IMG/VR virus record: IMGVR_UViG_3300022181_000111
Coordinates: 1-52,228 of that record
Source: a virus
Taxonomy: Duplodnaviria > Caudoviricetes
DNA length: 52,228 nucleotides
Direction: 5' to 3' (one strand)
Under the pieces are notes generated by a model. The model searched no databases. It was given only the letters and a program-made list of their open reading frames with translations, and was not told the origin of the DNA. Each line of letters starts with the position of its first letter. Position 1 is the stretch's first letter. This document shows, piece after piece, positions 26,465 through 35,558 of the stretch. The position numbers were made by a program, and so were the translations under genes.

Positions 26465-29400
26465 ATGTCAATAAAAACCGATAACGAACATTACGCAAGG
26501 ACCGAGAGATATGCGAAAGAAGTACAGAGTCTCTATTTCCAGATAGCGGACCATGTTGCCAGGATTTCGTCAACTCAGGCATTCAAGGCTGGCATTTTCA
26601 CGTTCAAGGATTACCCTGTTTTAAACCGCATGGTTGACAAACTGATCGAGAGTCTGCGTAAATCAATGCTTGTGGTTATCAGATCCGGAATATCAAAGGA
26701 ATGGGACAATGCTAACGAGAACAATGATGCTCTTGTCAAGTACATGAGTAGTAAAATCAAACTACCTGAAAAGAAATACAAGACGAGAAACCTTAAGGCG
26801 CTCGAAGCATTCCAGGGTAGGAAAATCAATGGCCTTGGGTTATCTGAACGAGTATGGAATTACGCTACCCAATATAAGACCGAACTGGAGCAAGCGTTGG
26901 ACGTAGGAATCGCAGATGGTAGAAGCGCAGCCCAATTGTCCAGAGATATCAGAGAGTACCTGAGAGAGCCTGAAAAACTGTTTAGACGTGTTCGAGATAA
27001 GAACGGTATTCTGAAACCATCCAAAAACGCTTTGAAGTACAATCCAGGAGGCGGCGTGTATCGAAGTTCCTACAAAAACGCAATGCGTTTGACAAGGACT
27101 GAGATCAACCAGTCGTACAGGGAAGCGGACTATCTCCGTTGGCAGCAAATGGACTTTGTTGTAGGTATCGAAATAAGGCGCTCAAATCATGAGTACGGTT
27201 GTCCGGTCTGTGAGTCACTGAAAGGGAAATATCCAAAAGACTTCAAGTTTATCGGTTGGCACCCGCATTGTTATTCTGATGACAGTTTTGTTTTAACTAA
27301 CAGAGGTTGGCGGTTATTTAAAGACGTTCAGGATTCAGATAAGATTTTCTCACTCAATCCTAAAACAAGAGAGCCGGAATGGGTCGGAATAACCGACAGG
27401 CAGCAATATCACATCAATGATAAAATGGTACGGTTTTACAATAGAACCCTTGATTGTCTTGTTACACCAGATCATGAAATGGTATATATAAACAAGTCAG
27501 ATGGAGAGATTAGGCGTAAACTTGCTTTGGAATACAGGAAAGGGAACGGTGGATTTTATCGTGGGTGTGAATGGGGAGGTAGCTATCAAAAACAAATACA
27601 AATAGGTTCGCATACTTTTGATTTAGGAGACTTTGCAGAATTTATGGGTTATTGGCTTTCAGACGGAAGTCTTATAAGAAATTATCAAATTAAGATAGCG
27701 CATCAAGATGGCAGAGAGAGTAAAGAGGATATAAAAGAATGTTGTGCGAGAATGGGATTCGATGTTGGTGGTACAACAGGAAGCGTAGATGTTTACTCAA
27801 AAGATTTGAATGCATATCTTAAGCAATTTGGTTTATGCGAAACGAAATATGTACCAGAGGAAATAAAAAATGCAGACGCAAGTATAATTCAACGATTTTT
27901 AGATGCATTCGTGAAGTGTGATGGGCATATTAAAAGAGCGAAACCATTTATGGGAAATAGAGGTAAAATGTGTATTCCAAATAACAATGAAAGAATATAC
28001 TTCACAACCTCAAATCAGATGGCTTCAGATATTGGGGAATTGATTCTAAAAATTGGCAAACGACCATCATACTACATTGACAATGTAAGAGGGAAAGAAC
28101 AGAGGTTTAGTAATGGGATTTATACCATCAATCAAGATTTGATAAGAATTTCAGAATGTAATGGGATTACAGCTACAGTATTTGACAAGGAATTTATAGA
28201 TTATCATGGTGATGTGTATGATCTTACTTTAGAGCGAAACCATATAATGTATATTCGCAGGAATGGTAAATGCTTTTGGGGCTCAAATTGCCGGTGCCAC
28301 GCAATCCCGATACTGTCAACCCAGAAAGAATTATTGGATAGCATAAACGACGAAACTCCAGTACAATCGAAAAATGAAGTCAAGGATATGCCAGAAAACT
28401 TCACCAAATGGATGGATGAAAACAGCCATAGGATGAAGAGTGACACGCAAGTATATAACATCAATAAAGAATGGGAAAGAATTAAAAACGTACAAGTTGA
28501 CTTGACGCAAATATACGGTAAGGATACAGAGAAAGTTAAATTTAGGCTTGCCACACCAGAACAAACCATCAAAGTTGGGGATTTTAATAAAGTTAATGAA
28601 AGAATAAATATTGATATTGAATTCCCTGTAAACATTATTAAGAGTGATGGGACCGTGATTAAAAGCAGCGGCTTTAATTCATCCATGACAGCTACGATAG
28701 ATAACGAAAAGAAGATCATAACATTAATGAAAGTTGATGTTGATGAGAAACTTAGGAGAAATGGCATCGCAGAGTATATGGCATGGAAAGTTAAAGAGGT
28801 AACCCCGAAGGGATATACAATTGTTGGCTCAGGTGTTTATTCAGGTGGTGGCTCAGGATTAGTTGCAAAGCTTGAAAAGACAGGATATTTTAAAAACGTT
28901 TCTGTTCCAAAAAGACAGCTACCTTATTGGATGAAAGAGAATGAAAATCTTATTAACATTCTTGAATTGATGGAAAAGGCGAAAAGTGCGGAAACATCTG
29001 TCAGTTCCTTGTCGAATTCAATAGCTGAAAAGTTCGGGGGCTATTCAACCCCGGTCAATTTCAAGTCGTATGATTCAATTAAAAGAAAGGCTAACAGCGA
29101 TTATAATGGAAACGTCAATAAGATTCAGGATAGCGTAAGAACAACGATTATTTTACCTGAAAAAAACATCGAGAAATGTTTGGAATATATCCAAAAAAAC
29201 AATAACTTTATACGTGTAAAAATACAGACTCCAGACAAATTTATGGGCTATAGCGGAACGATCACCAACGTCAAAACAAACGCTGGTGTTATCGGTGAAA
29301 TCCAGGTAAATACTGCAAAGATGATCTATGCAAAGGAATTACCCGAAGTGGCTAAAAAAATCATTGGCGAGAAAGCTTGGAACGACATAAGAAGACAAAC

Positions 29401-29527
29401 AGGATTGCCAGGAGGTTTGGGACATACTTATTATGAAAAATGGAGAGTTCTTGACCCAAAGAAAGACAAAAAACTGATATATGAGTTGGAGAAATTATCA
29501 AAAGAATATTATAAACATTTCAGATGA
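26465..29527 (+). CDS. MuF/gp7-like minor head protein with intein, GNAT-like insert and C-terminal RelA/SpoT-like toxin domain
   Basis: AMRLTRTE, CPVC, GWHPH|CRC extein motif; RRNGIA; KSYDSIKRK..QDSVR..GYSG..EIQVNT. Confidence 0.85.
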   Translation: MSIKTDNEHYARTERYAKEVQSLYFQIADHVARISSTQAFKAGIFTFKDYPVLNRMVDKLIESLRKSMLVVIRSGISKEWDNANENNDALVKYMSSKIKLPEKKYKTRNLKALEAFQGRKINGLGLSERVWNYATQYKTELEQALDVGIADGRSAAQLSRDIREYLREPEKLFRRVRDKNGILKPSKNALKYNPGGGVYRSSYKNAMRLTRTEINQSYREADYLRWQQMDFVVGIEIRRSNHEYGCPVCESLKGKYPKDFKFIGWHPHCYSDDSFVLTNRGWRLFKDVQDSDKIFSLNPKTREPEWVGITDRQQYHINDKMVRFYNRTLDCLVTPDHEMVYINKSDGEIRRKLALEYRKGNGGFYRGCEWGGSYQKQIQIGSHTFDLGDFAEFMGYWLSDGSLIRNYQIKIAHQDGRESKEDIKECCARMGFDVGGTTGSVDVYSKDLNAYLKQFGLCETKYVPEEIKNADASIIQRFLDAFVKCDGHIKRAKPFMGNRGKMCIPNNNERIYFTTSNQMASDIGELILKIGKRPSYYIDNVRGKEQRFSNGIYTINQDLIRISECNGITATVFDKEFIDYHGDVYDLTLERNHIMYIRRNGKCFWGSNCRCHAIPILSTQKELLDSINDETPVQSKNEVKDMPENFTKWMDENSHRMKSDTQVYNINKEWERIKNVQVDLTQIYGKDTEKVKFRLATPEQTIKVGDFNKVNERINIDIEFPVNIIKSDGTVIKSSGFNSSMTATIDNEKKIITLMKVDVDEKLRRNGIAEYMAWKVKEVTPKGYTIVGSGVYSGGGSGLVAKLEKTGYFKNVSVPKRQLPYWMKENENLINILELMEKAKSAETSVSSLSNSIAEKFGGYSTPVNFKSYDSIKRKANSDYNGNVNKIQDSVRTTIILPEKNIEKCLEYIQKNNNFIRVKIQTPDKFMGYSGTITNVKTNAGVIGEIQVNTAKMIYAKELPEVAKKIIGEKAWNDIRRQTGLPGGLGHTYYEKWRVLDPKKDKKLIYELEKLSKEYYKHFR
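27269..28288 (+). mobile_element. Intein (340 aa) with LAGLIDADG homing endonuclease
   Basis: Starts CYSDDSFVLT, VTPDH block B, FMGYWLSDGS and FLDAFVKCDGH, VYDLTL block F, ends GSN before +1 Cys. Confidence 0.93.
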
Positions 29528-29742
29528 AACAAGATGACATTTTAATCAAGAACGGCGTGCTGTATATTCACGATGAATTCGAGGATGCTGTTTTTAAATT
29601 TACAGGTAGAGGTAAAGGAAACTTCTGTGAAGTTAAATTCAGAGGGGAAAAACCTTATAAGGTTGAATGTACAACGAATATTGCAATGGAAGCATATTTA
29701 GGTGGAAAAATTATAACCAAAGAGGAATACGATAAATATTAA
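29524..29742 (+). CDS. Candidate immunity protein for the MuF toxin
   Basis: 72 aa, ATGA-coupled to the toxin gene, ends ITKEEYDKY. Confidence 0.6.
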   Translation: MKQDDILIKNGVLYIHDEFEDAVFKFTGRGKGNFCEVKFRGEKPYKVECTTNIAMEAYLGGKIITKEEYDKY

Positions 29743-29810
29743 GCACTGCGGACAAGGCTATTTGCGCATGAAACAAGGCGGTGGGATGCGAGTGGCAGAC
29801 CAGCTTAATT

Positions 29811-29836
29811 AAGACGGATAGCACCGTCTTTTTTTT
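29811..29836 (+). terminator. Rho-independent terminator
   Basis: AAGACGG-ATAGCA-CCGTCTT plus T tract. Confidence 0.8.
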
Positions 29837-29974
29837 GTGCAATAATCTGATATTCAAATAGTTAAACATTATTAAAAATACGATTTTCCATGAAATTTTC
29901 TTTGTAAAAAGGTCTCCATTACAGTCTTTTTATGTATCTTTATACTATCAAAATAACAATAAAACAAAACAAAA

Positions 29975-30187
29975 ATGGAAACAGGAATAAGAATTTACCC
30001 AACTTCTATAGAAGACAGGATGATCATTGAAGAAGTACTGGACTATATGGATATGGTGAATGAGTATGATGAAAAAGAAAACTGTTTTTTCATACCAGAA
30101 GCAAAAGAAAATTGCAAAAGTTTAGCACATGCAATTGATTGCTCCTTTGATGATCTAGTTTGCGAGTATAACATAGTAATATCATAA
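29975..30187 (+). CDS. Small acidic hypothetical protein (copy 2)
   Basis: Identical to 17389..17601. Confidence 0.65.
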   Translation: METGIRIYPTSIEDRMIIEEVLDYMDMVNEYDEKENCFFIPEAKENCKSLAHAIDCSFDDLVCEYNIVIS

Positions 30188-30201
30188 TTGTAAAAGCAAC
30201 A

Positions 30202-30696
30202 GTGAAACACATGGAAACAACATTCAAGCAAAAAAGACTAAATCCTGGCACTCAAACCGGCAGCTTCATAAACATGATCATGAGTCAGAACAGCACTCTG
30301 CCGGAAGTAGGTAAAGGAGCAACAGTTTTATCATGGACTGATAGACACGCTTATGAGGTTATCGAAGTGAGTAATGACAAAAAGAGAGTCGTTGTTCAAC
30401 AGTATTTCCCTAAGCGGATCGATAAAAACGGTATGAGTGAATCCCAGGAATACGAATACAAGGAGCTGTCTCCAGTTAAAGAAGTTATCGTGTGGAGGTG
30501 GGGTTCGTGGAAATGGGAACGTGAAGTTATTAAGTTTATCAACCCGCCTATTGGATACTCCAAGGAATACGAAAAGTACTACGATTCAGAAGGAATGTTG
30601 ATGCTTATAGATGGAATAACCAAGAAAGCGAAGGAATATCAGAAAGTCAGCATCGTCTGGGGAGAAAAAAGAGAATATTACGATTATACATTTTAA
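30202..30696 (+). CDS. Hypothetical phage protein (copy 2)
   Basis: Identical to 17616..18110. Confidence 0.7.
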   Translation: MKHMETTFKQKRLNPGTQTGSFINMIMSQNSTLPEVGKGATVLSWTDRHAYEVIEVSNDKKRVVVQQYFPKRIDKNGMSESQEYEYKELSPVKEVIVWRWGSWKWEREVIKFINPPIGYSKEYEKYYDSEGMLMLIDGITKKAKEYQKVSIVWGEKREYYDYTF

Positions 30697-30706
30697 TAGG
30701 TCAGAT

Positions 30707-31138
30707 ATGAAAGCAATAGTAGAAATTATCAGTGTAAAGCAAGTAAAAGGGTTTATTCACCCGATGTCTGTATATGCAAACTCAAGCAGCTACAGTTCAA
30801 GCAGGTTAGTATCACATAGTTATGAAGCTATTGCATTATTCGTTAAATGCGTCATGAATGGAGTTGAGACATCGTTTTACAGCCCATCGATTATAGTCAG
30901 GAATTCAACCGGATACCTGAATTATAAGAGCATGGATGAAAATAACTGGTTTGAGTTAATCGAAAAGAACATGACTTCTCATAGGGGGGCTGAAATGTTC
31001 GACGGTGGCACATTGCCCAACGTAGCAGTTGAATTTCATTCTGAAATAAAGCCTAAGATAAAAGAAGGAGATAATATATGTATATCATTCTCCAACGTAG
31101 ATGGTAAAATAAAGCGTGTTAGAATTATCAACAATTAA
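30707..31138 (+). CDS. Hypothetical protein (copy 2)
   Basis: Identical to 18121..18552. Confidence 0.65.
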   Translation: MKAIVEIISVKQVKGFIHPMSVYANSSSYSSSRLVSHSYEAIALFVKCVMNGVETSFYSPSIIVRNSTGYLNYKSMDENNWFELIEKNMTSHRGAEMFDGGTLPNVAVEFHSEIKPKIKEGDNICISFSNVDGKIKRVRIINN

Positions 31139-31180
31139 TCAACTCGCCACGGCTTCGGTCGGGGCGTAACACCAACAGAA

Positions 31181-31639
31181 ATGGAAACTACGTACAAGCA
31201 ATTCAAAGAAAAAGCAGTCGAGTACACGCTGAAAGAAGAGCGGAAAGACTTCAATAAAGCAAAGATAACGAAGTCGTCAGATGCCGCTGATTATGCCAGA
31301 AACTTCTATTTCGATGACATCACGATTTTCGAAAGCACATTCGTAATACTCCTGAACACGGCGAACAATACTATCGGTTACGCAAAGATTAGTCAGGGTG
31401 GAATAGCCGGAACAGTAGTTGACATAAGATTGATCTTAAAGTATGCAATCGAGAATCTTGCGTCAGGGATTATCTTGGTCCACAACCACCCATCAGGCAG
31501 CATGAAAGCAAGCCCGCAGGATATCCAAATCTCAAAGAAGCTAAAAGAAGCAGCACGTTGGATGGATATTAGTTTGTTGGATTCAATAATTATTAGTGAG
31601 GATGCTCATTACAGTTTAGCAGACGAAGGTTTGATATAA
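31181..31639 (+). CDS. RadC-like JAB domain protein (allele 2)
   Basis: HNHPSG motif; first 35 codons identical to allele 1, remainder diverged. Confidence 0.9.
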   Translation: METTYKQFKEKAVEYTLKEERKDFNKAKITKSSDAADYARNFYFDDITIFESTFVILLNTANNTIGYAKISQGGIAGTVVDIRLILKYAIENLASGIILVHNHPSGSMKASPQDIQISKKLKEAARWMDISLLDSIIISEDAHYSLADEGLI

Positions 31640-31664
31640 GAAAATTGTCAATAACTTTTCTTTT

Positions 31665-31702
31665 AAAAGGTCTCTAATGGAGACTTTTTTTATATATATT
31701 TG
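31665..31702 (+). promoter_or_regulatory. Operator + promoter for scaffold/capsid operon
   Basis: AAAAGGTCTC-TAATG-GAGACTTTTT then consensus TATATTTG; leader hairpin TTTGGAGTTTGT/ACAGGCTCCAAA. Confidence 0.65.
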
Positions 31703-31771
31703 TATCGAGCTTGTAACACAGCTTTGGAGTTTGTGATAAACAGGCTCCAAATCATTAAAACGTTTTATACA

Positions 31772-32410
31772 ATGAAAACAAAAGTGTTACAAACTCTGAA
31801 ACCCAAAGTTGCGTCGTTGGGGTTTACAAAAGAGGAACTTGAAAGTGTCGTTGAAACCATATCCGGAACTTTACAAGAAGATGCAAGCGAAGAGCAGATA
31901 AACGCACAAGTTGATGCGGTTATACCTTACCTAAAACTTTCTCAATCGGCAGTTACACGGATTGTAAATGCGAAAAAGAAAGAAGAACCACCCAGAGCAC
32001 CCAAAGCGTCCACCACTACAAAGGAAGCTGATGAGGGGGCAGAACCGGAAGACAAGTTTGAAAAATTATTGAAAGTAATCGAGGCTCAGAACGAGAAGAT
32101 CGATGCACTGGTAAATAAGGATGTCAAGACTTCAAGGCGTGAAGTTTATGTATCGAAATTGAAGGACCTTCCTGAAGCTATACAGAAGTCAAAGTTAAAA
32201 GACTTTGATCGCATGAACTTCAAGGATCAGGATGACTTCGATTCATTCATTCAGGAAGCTGAAACAGATATCCCGGTAATCAAACAAGCTCTTGCTGATA
32301 GTGAGCTTTCGGAAATGGAAAAGCCATTTTTGGGGAAGAAGAACCAGAACGACGAAGAAGCATTCATTGAAATGATGAAAAGCATGAATTCAAAAGAAGA
32401 AGAGAAATAA
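31772..32410 (+). CDS. Probable capsid scaffolding protein
   Basis: Charged helical protein upstream of decoration/capsid genes; ATG 31772. Confidence 0.65.
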   Translation: MKTKVLQTLKPKVASLGFTKEELESVVETISGTLQEDASEEQINAQVDAVIPYLKLSQSAVTRIVNAKKKEEPPRAPKASTTTKEADEGAEPEDKFEKLLKVIEAQNEKIDALVNKDVKTSRREVYVSKLKDLPEAIQKSKLKDFDRMNFKDQDDFDSFIQEAETDIPVIKQALADSELSEMEKPFLGKKNQNDEEAFIEMMKSMNSKEEEK

Positions 32411-32428
32411 ATTTTTAAATATCAAATT

Positions 32429-33001
32429 ATGCATTACAAAGAAACAGCACAAGCTGGCAACAGCTATCTGCATATGTGGGATGTTGCGTCAGAGAAAGCT
32501 TTCGATGGAGGTTTTCTTTTGACAACCACATCATTCCCGGCAGGTACTGAGATCGTACCGAAAGGGACGTTTCTCAGAGGTGATCTTGTTAATCGTACCG
32601 CAGTTCCGGTTAAGACGGTCGTTCTCGCAGCAGCCGTACTTTCGACTGACACGGAGGTAAAGATCAAGAAAGGTCACAATCTTATTGCAACCGACAAGAT
32701 AGGAACCGATTCGGCTTCCGTAACAGTCGGAACAATCGACACGTCAAGTGACGATTATGATGTTATCACCATTGTAGCAGATGCTCTTGGAGCGCTTGCT
32801 GATGGAGCGGTATTGCAGTCGCATGACGCCAGTGGCGTTATCGTGCCTAACGGATTACTTCATCGAGATGTTGAAATCGATGATGAAACACATTGCTCTA
32901 TTGTATTCAGGGCAGATGGTATTGTGTCAAGCAGACTTCCACAGCCGGTTTCTACGGCTATCGAAACTGCATTGAAGGATTGTCAATTTTTAAACATCTA
33001 A
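32429..33001 (+). CDS. Probable head decoration protein
   Basis: Position before MCP; beta-rich. Confidence 0.55.
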   Translation: MHYKETAQAGNSYLHMWDVASEKAFDGGFLLTTTSFPAGTEIVPKGTFLRGDLVNRTAVPVKTVVLAAAVLSTDTEVKIKKGHNLIATDKIGTDSASVTVGTIDTSSDDYDVITIVADALGALADGAVLQSHDASGVIVPNGLLHRDVEIDDETHCSIVFRADGIVSSRLPQPVSTAIETALKDCQFLNI

Positions 33002-33004
33002 GAT

Positions 33005-34114
33005 ATGCTGAACATATTAGAGCAAATACAGAAACCAAAAGCGTTTGATGCATTTATCAACGAGAACATGAAAACATCTACCTATAGGGTAGGGTGGGAT
33101 CGTGAAATGGAGGTTGAATACGAGGCATCGAAGACATACGCAGCTGCTACCGCAGAATATGCCGCAGCAATGCTTGGAACGGTGATCAGCGAGGGTGCAG
33201 CGAGACCGAAACGTGATATGCCGTCAATCGGCGAACTGAGTGGAACCATTGCCCGTATTGGTGACGAATGGCAGATACCTAACGACCGGCTTGAAAGGTA
33301 TTACTACATGCTGAATCGCTTGCGTGATAAGGCAAAGAATCTCACAGAAACACAGAAAAAAACCCAATACCAGAACCTGGTGAAGTACCTGTTCAATCCA
33401 TACGAATTGGCAGCAATTGCTCCCCACCGAAGGATATCTGCCCAGTATTGGGAGGGTTTATCCGATGGTCAGGTTACCGTAGCGAAAACCAACAATGCCG
33501 GTGGTATCGTTTGGTCTACTCCTTTGCTTAACGGAATCGTTAAGAAGTTACTTCCGAAAGGTTTTACAGTTTGGAGTACCGCAACTCTTGCCACTATGGA
33601 CGTACTTGCCACCTTGCAGGCTCTCGAAGATATGGCAGATGCAGCCGGAAAAACCGTGCTGAAATTCCGTGTTAGTAAAGCCACTGCTGCCTTGATCAGC
33701 AATTCGACACAGTTGAAAAACTTGATCGGAATGAACCTTGGCAGGCTTAAAGCAGATACTACTCCGATGTTGGCAATGGATACGGTTAACTCATATCTGT
33801 CTGCCCTGCAAAGACCGACCATCGAGGTGATTGATGAAAAGGGCGTTTTAAACACTGGAGCATCGGTTAATCTTTTCAAGGATGGAAGAGTTGTAGCACA
33901 GTGCGCTGACAAGGTTGCAATTCTCAAGGTTTCCGATCCTCTTGAAACGATCGACCCGATTCCGAACAAGGTGTACACTTCTTATTTCGACAACCTGATT
34001 TCTCAATGGAGAAATGACAACGGTCGTTATGTGGCTTACGAAATGTTTGCCTATCCGGTATTCACTGGAAAGAATGACGTGTTTATCCTGGACGTTACAA
34101 CCGCTTACACTTAA
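33005..34114 (+). CDS. Major capsid protein
   Basis: 369 aa, position in head module. Confidence 0.75.
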   Translation: MLNILEQIQKPKAFDAFINENMKTSTYRVGWDREMEVEYEASKTYAAATAEYAAAMLGTVISEGAARPKRDMPSIGELSGTIARIGDEWQIPNDRLERYYYMLNRLRDKAKNLTETQKKTQYQNLVKYLFNPYELAAIAPHRRISAQYWEGLSDGQVTVAKTNNAGGIVWSTPLLNGIVKKLLPKGFTVWSTATLATMDVLATLQALEDMADAAGKTVLKFRVSKATAALISNSTQLKNLIGMNLGRLKADTTPMLAMDTVNSYLSALQRPTIEVIDEKGVLNTGASVNLFKDGRVVAQCADKVAILKVSDPLETIDPIPNKVYTSYFDNLISQWRNDNGRYVAYEMFAYPVFTGKNDVFILDVTTAYT

Positions 34115-34126
34115 TCGTTATCGGGA

Positions 34127-34432
34127 ATGACCTATCTTGAAGCAATACGAGAAGACCTGTATCCGTACCCAGTACGTAGCTCGCAGATTGAGCGGCAATG
34201 CTTAAAGCAGGGCGTATCTCCCAATGACGATAGTATTGATGAAAAAATAGTTTCCATGTGTGTGTTGGAAATCCTCTCCCAGATGATCGCCTTAGGGGGT
34301 GTATCTGAGGGAGGGGTTTCTTCCTCTTTCAAAGAAGAGCCAGCCAGAAGGCGCATATATACACTATGTAGTAGGTTAGGGTTGAATCCGAGAGATTATA
34401 TAGATATACCGACAGTAACCAGAATTGAATGA
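34127..34432 (+). CDS. Head-tail connector
   Basis: SEGGVSSSF motif and position. Confidence 0.6.
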   Translation: MTYLEAIREDLYPYPVRSSQIERQCLKQGVSPNDDSIDEKIVSMCVLEILSQMIALGGVSEGGVSSSFKEEPARRRIYTLCSRLGLNPRDYIDIPTVTRIE

Positions 34433-34737
34433 ACGGATACATAAATGCACAGATAACAGTACAAGGTTACATCAATGATGATGGAATACCTGTTTCCGGT
34501 TCTACCTCTTGGGGTACTGATATTGAATGCAAGTATTTTGCAAATATCAATAACAACAAAGGTCGTTATCCTGATGGTGTATTTAAGCAATCGGCTTTTA
34601 TGATAACCACAGAAGATATGAGTTTCGATGCAAATATTATCAGGCTCAAAGATAGGAAAGGTAATGTTGTTTGTGAGAAAGAAGTCCAAAGTCTTGAAGA
34701 GTTGGAGAATGTTCAACGAATAAAAATTACCGTATGA
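34429..34737 (+). CDS. Head closure/adaptor protein
   Basis: Synteny. Confidence 0.5.
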   Translation: MNGYINAQITVQGYINDDGIPVSGSTSWGTDIECKYFANINNNKGRYPDGVFKQSAFMITTEDMSFDANIIRLKDRKGNVVCEKEVQSLEELENVQRIKITV

Positions 34738-35156
34738 TAAAGATGGTTACTCCCATTCAGGAAATAGACAAGAAGATAGAAATCGAAATCAAGAAAGCGG
34801 AACAAGCTATCTTGAAAAAGTTGAGTTATATCGGAGAGTCTGCTTTAATTGAAGCAAGGTCGAATGGCGACTATATGGATCAAACTGGTAATTTGAGAAG
34901 TTCAGTTGGATATGTCATTCTCAATGATGGAAAGGTCGTATCAATGTCAAGCTTCGATTCAGTTAAAGCAACAGCCACAAGTGGAAAGAGCAAAGGTAAA
35001 GAAGCAATTGACAGTCTTAGGTCACAGTATTCACGAGGTTACGTTTTACTTGTAGTTGCAGGGATGGATTACGCTGTCTATGTTGAAGCACTCGGAAGGA
35101 ACGTCCTTTCATCCTCAAAACTTATGGCAGAAATAATGTCAAAAGCATTACTATGA
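34734..35156 (+). CDS. HK97 gp10-like neck protein
   Basis: DQTGNLRSS and AGMDYAVYVE motifs. Confidence 0.75.
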   Translation: MIKMVTPIQEIDKKIEIEIKKAEQAILKKLSYIGESALIEARSNGDYMDQTGNLRSSVGYVILNDGKVVSMSSFDSVKATATSGKSKGKEAIDSLRSQYSRGYVLLVVAGMDYAVYVEALGRNVLSSSKLMAEIMSKALL

Positions 35157-35554
35157 AGAAAACAGGATTACAGTTTGAAAAGGATTTCTTCAACGCAGTG
35201 AAAGGTTCACTCGGAATCAATGGTGGATATTACAGAGATGGTATCAGACCATTGGAGAATGTTTCAAAAAGCGAAGACTGTCTAGTGATCTACAAGACTG
35301 GAATTGATGGTGATATTCAAGTAGGTTACATTACAATAAACGTTTATATTCCAGATCTTTCATTTGATGGGCGAAAAGTAAAAGATATTGGCAGATGTGG
35401 AGTGATTGAAGAATCCCTTAACCAGTTTGCTGAATCGGTCCGACTTGACGGCTATATGATTGAAAGAGAAGGAACTATCAAAACATTTCAGGTATTTGAA
35501 ACGGACGAACATTTCGTTCATTTGGAATTGAAGTATAATTATTTAAGCATATAA
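35153..35554 (+). CDS. Tail terminator-like protein
   Basis: Synteny before the tail tube gene. Confidence 0.5.
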   Translation: MKKTGLQFEKDFFNAVKGSLGINGGYYRDGIRPLENVSKSEDCLVIYKTGIDGDIQVGYITINVYIPDLSFDGRKVKDIGRCGVIEESLNQFAESVRLDGYMIEREGTIKTFQVFETDEHFVHLELKYNYLSI

Positions 35555-35558
35555 TATT

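Larger units (their letters stand above)
29847..31286 (+). repeat. Direct repeat copy 2 of 17261-18700
   Basis: Near-identical sequence, offset 12586. Confidence 0.97.
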
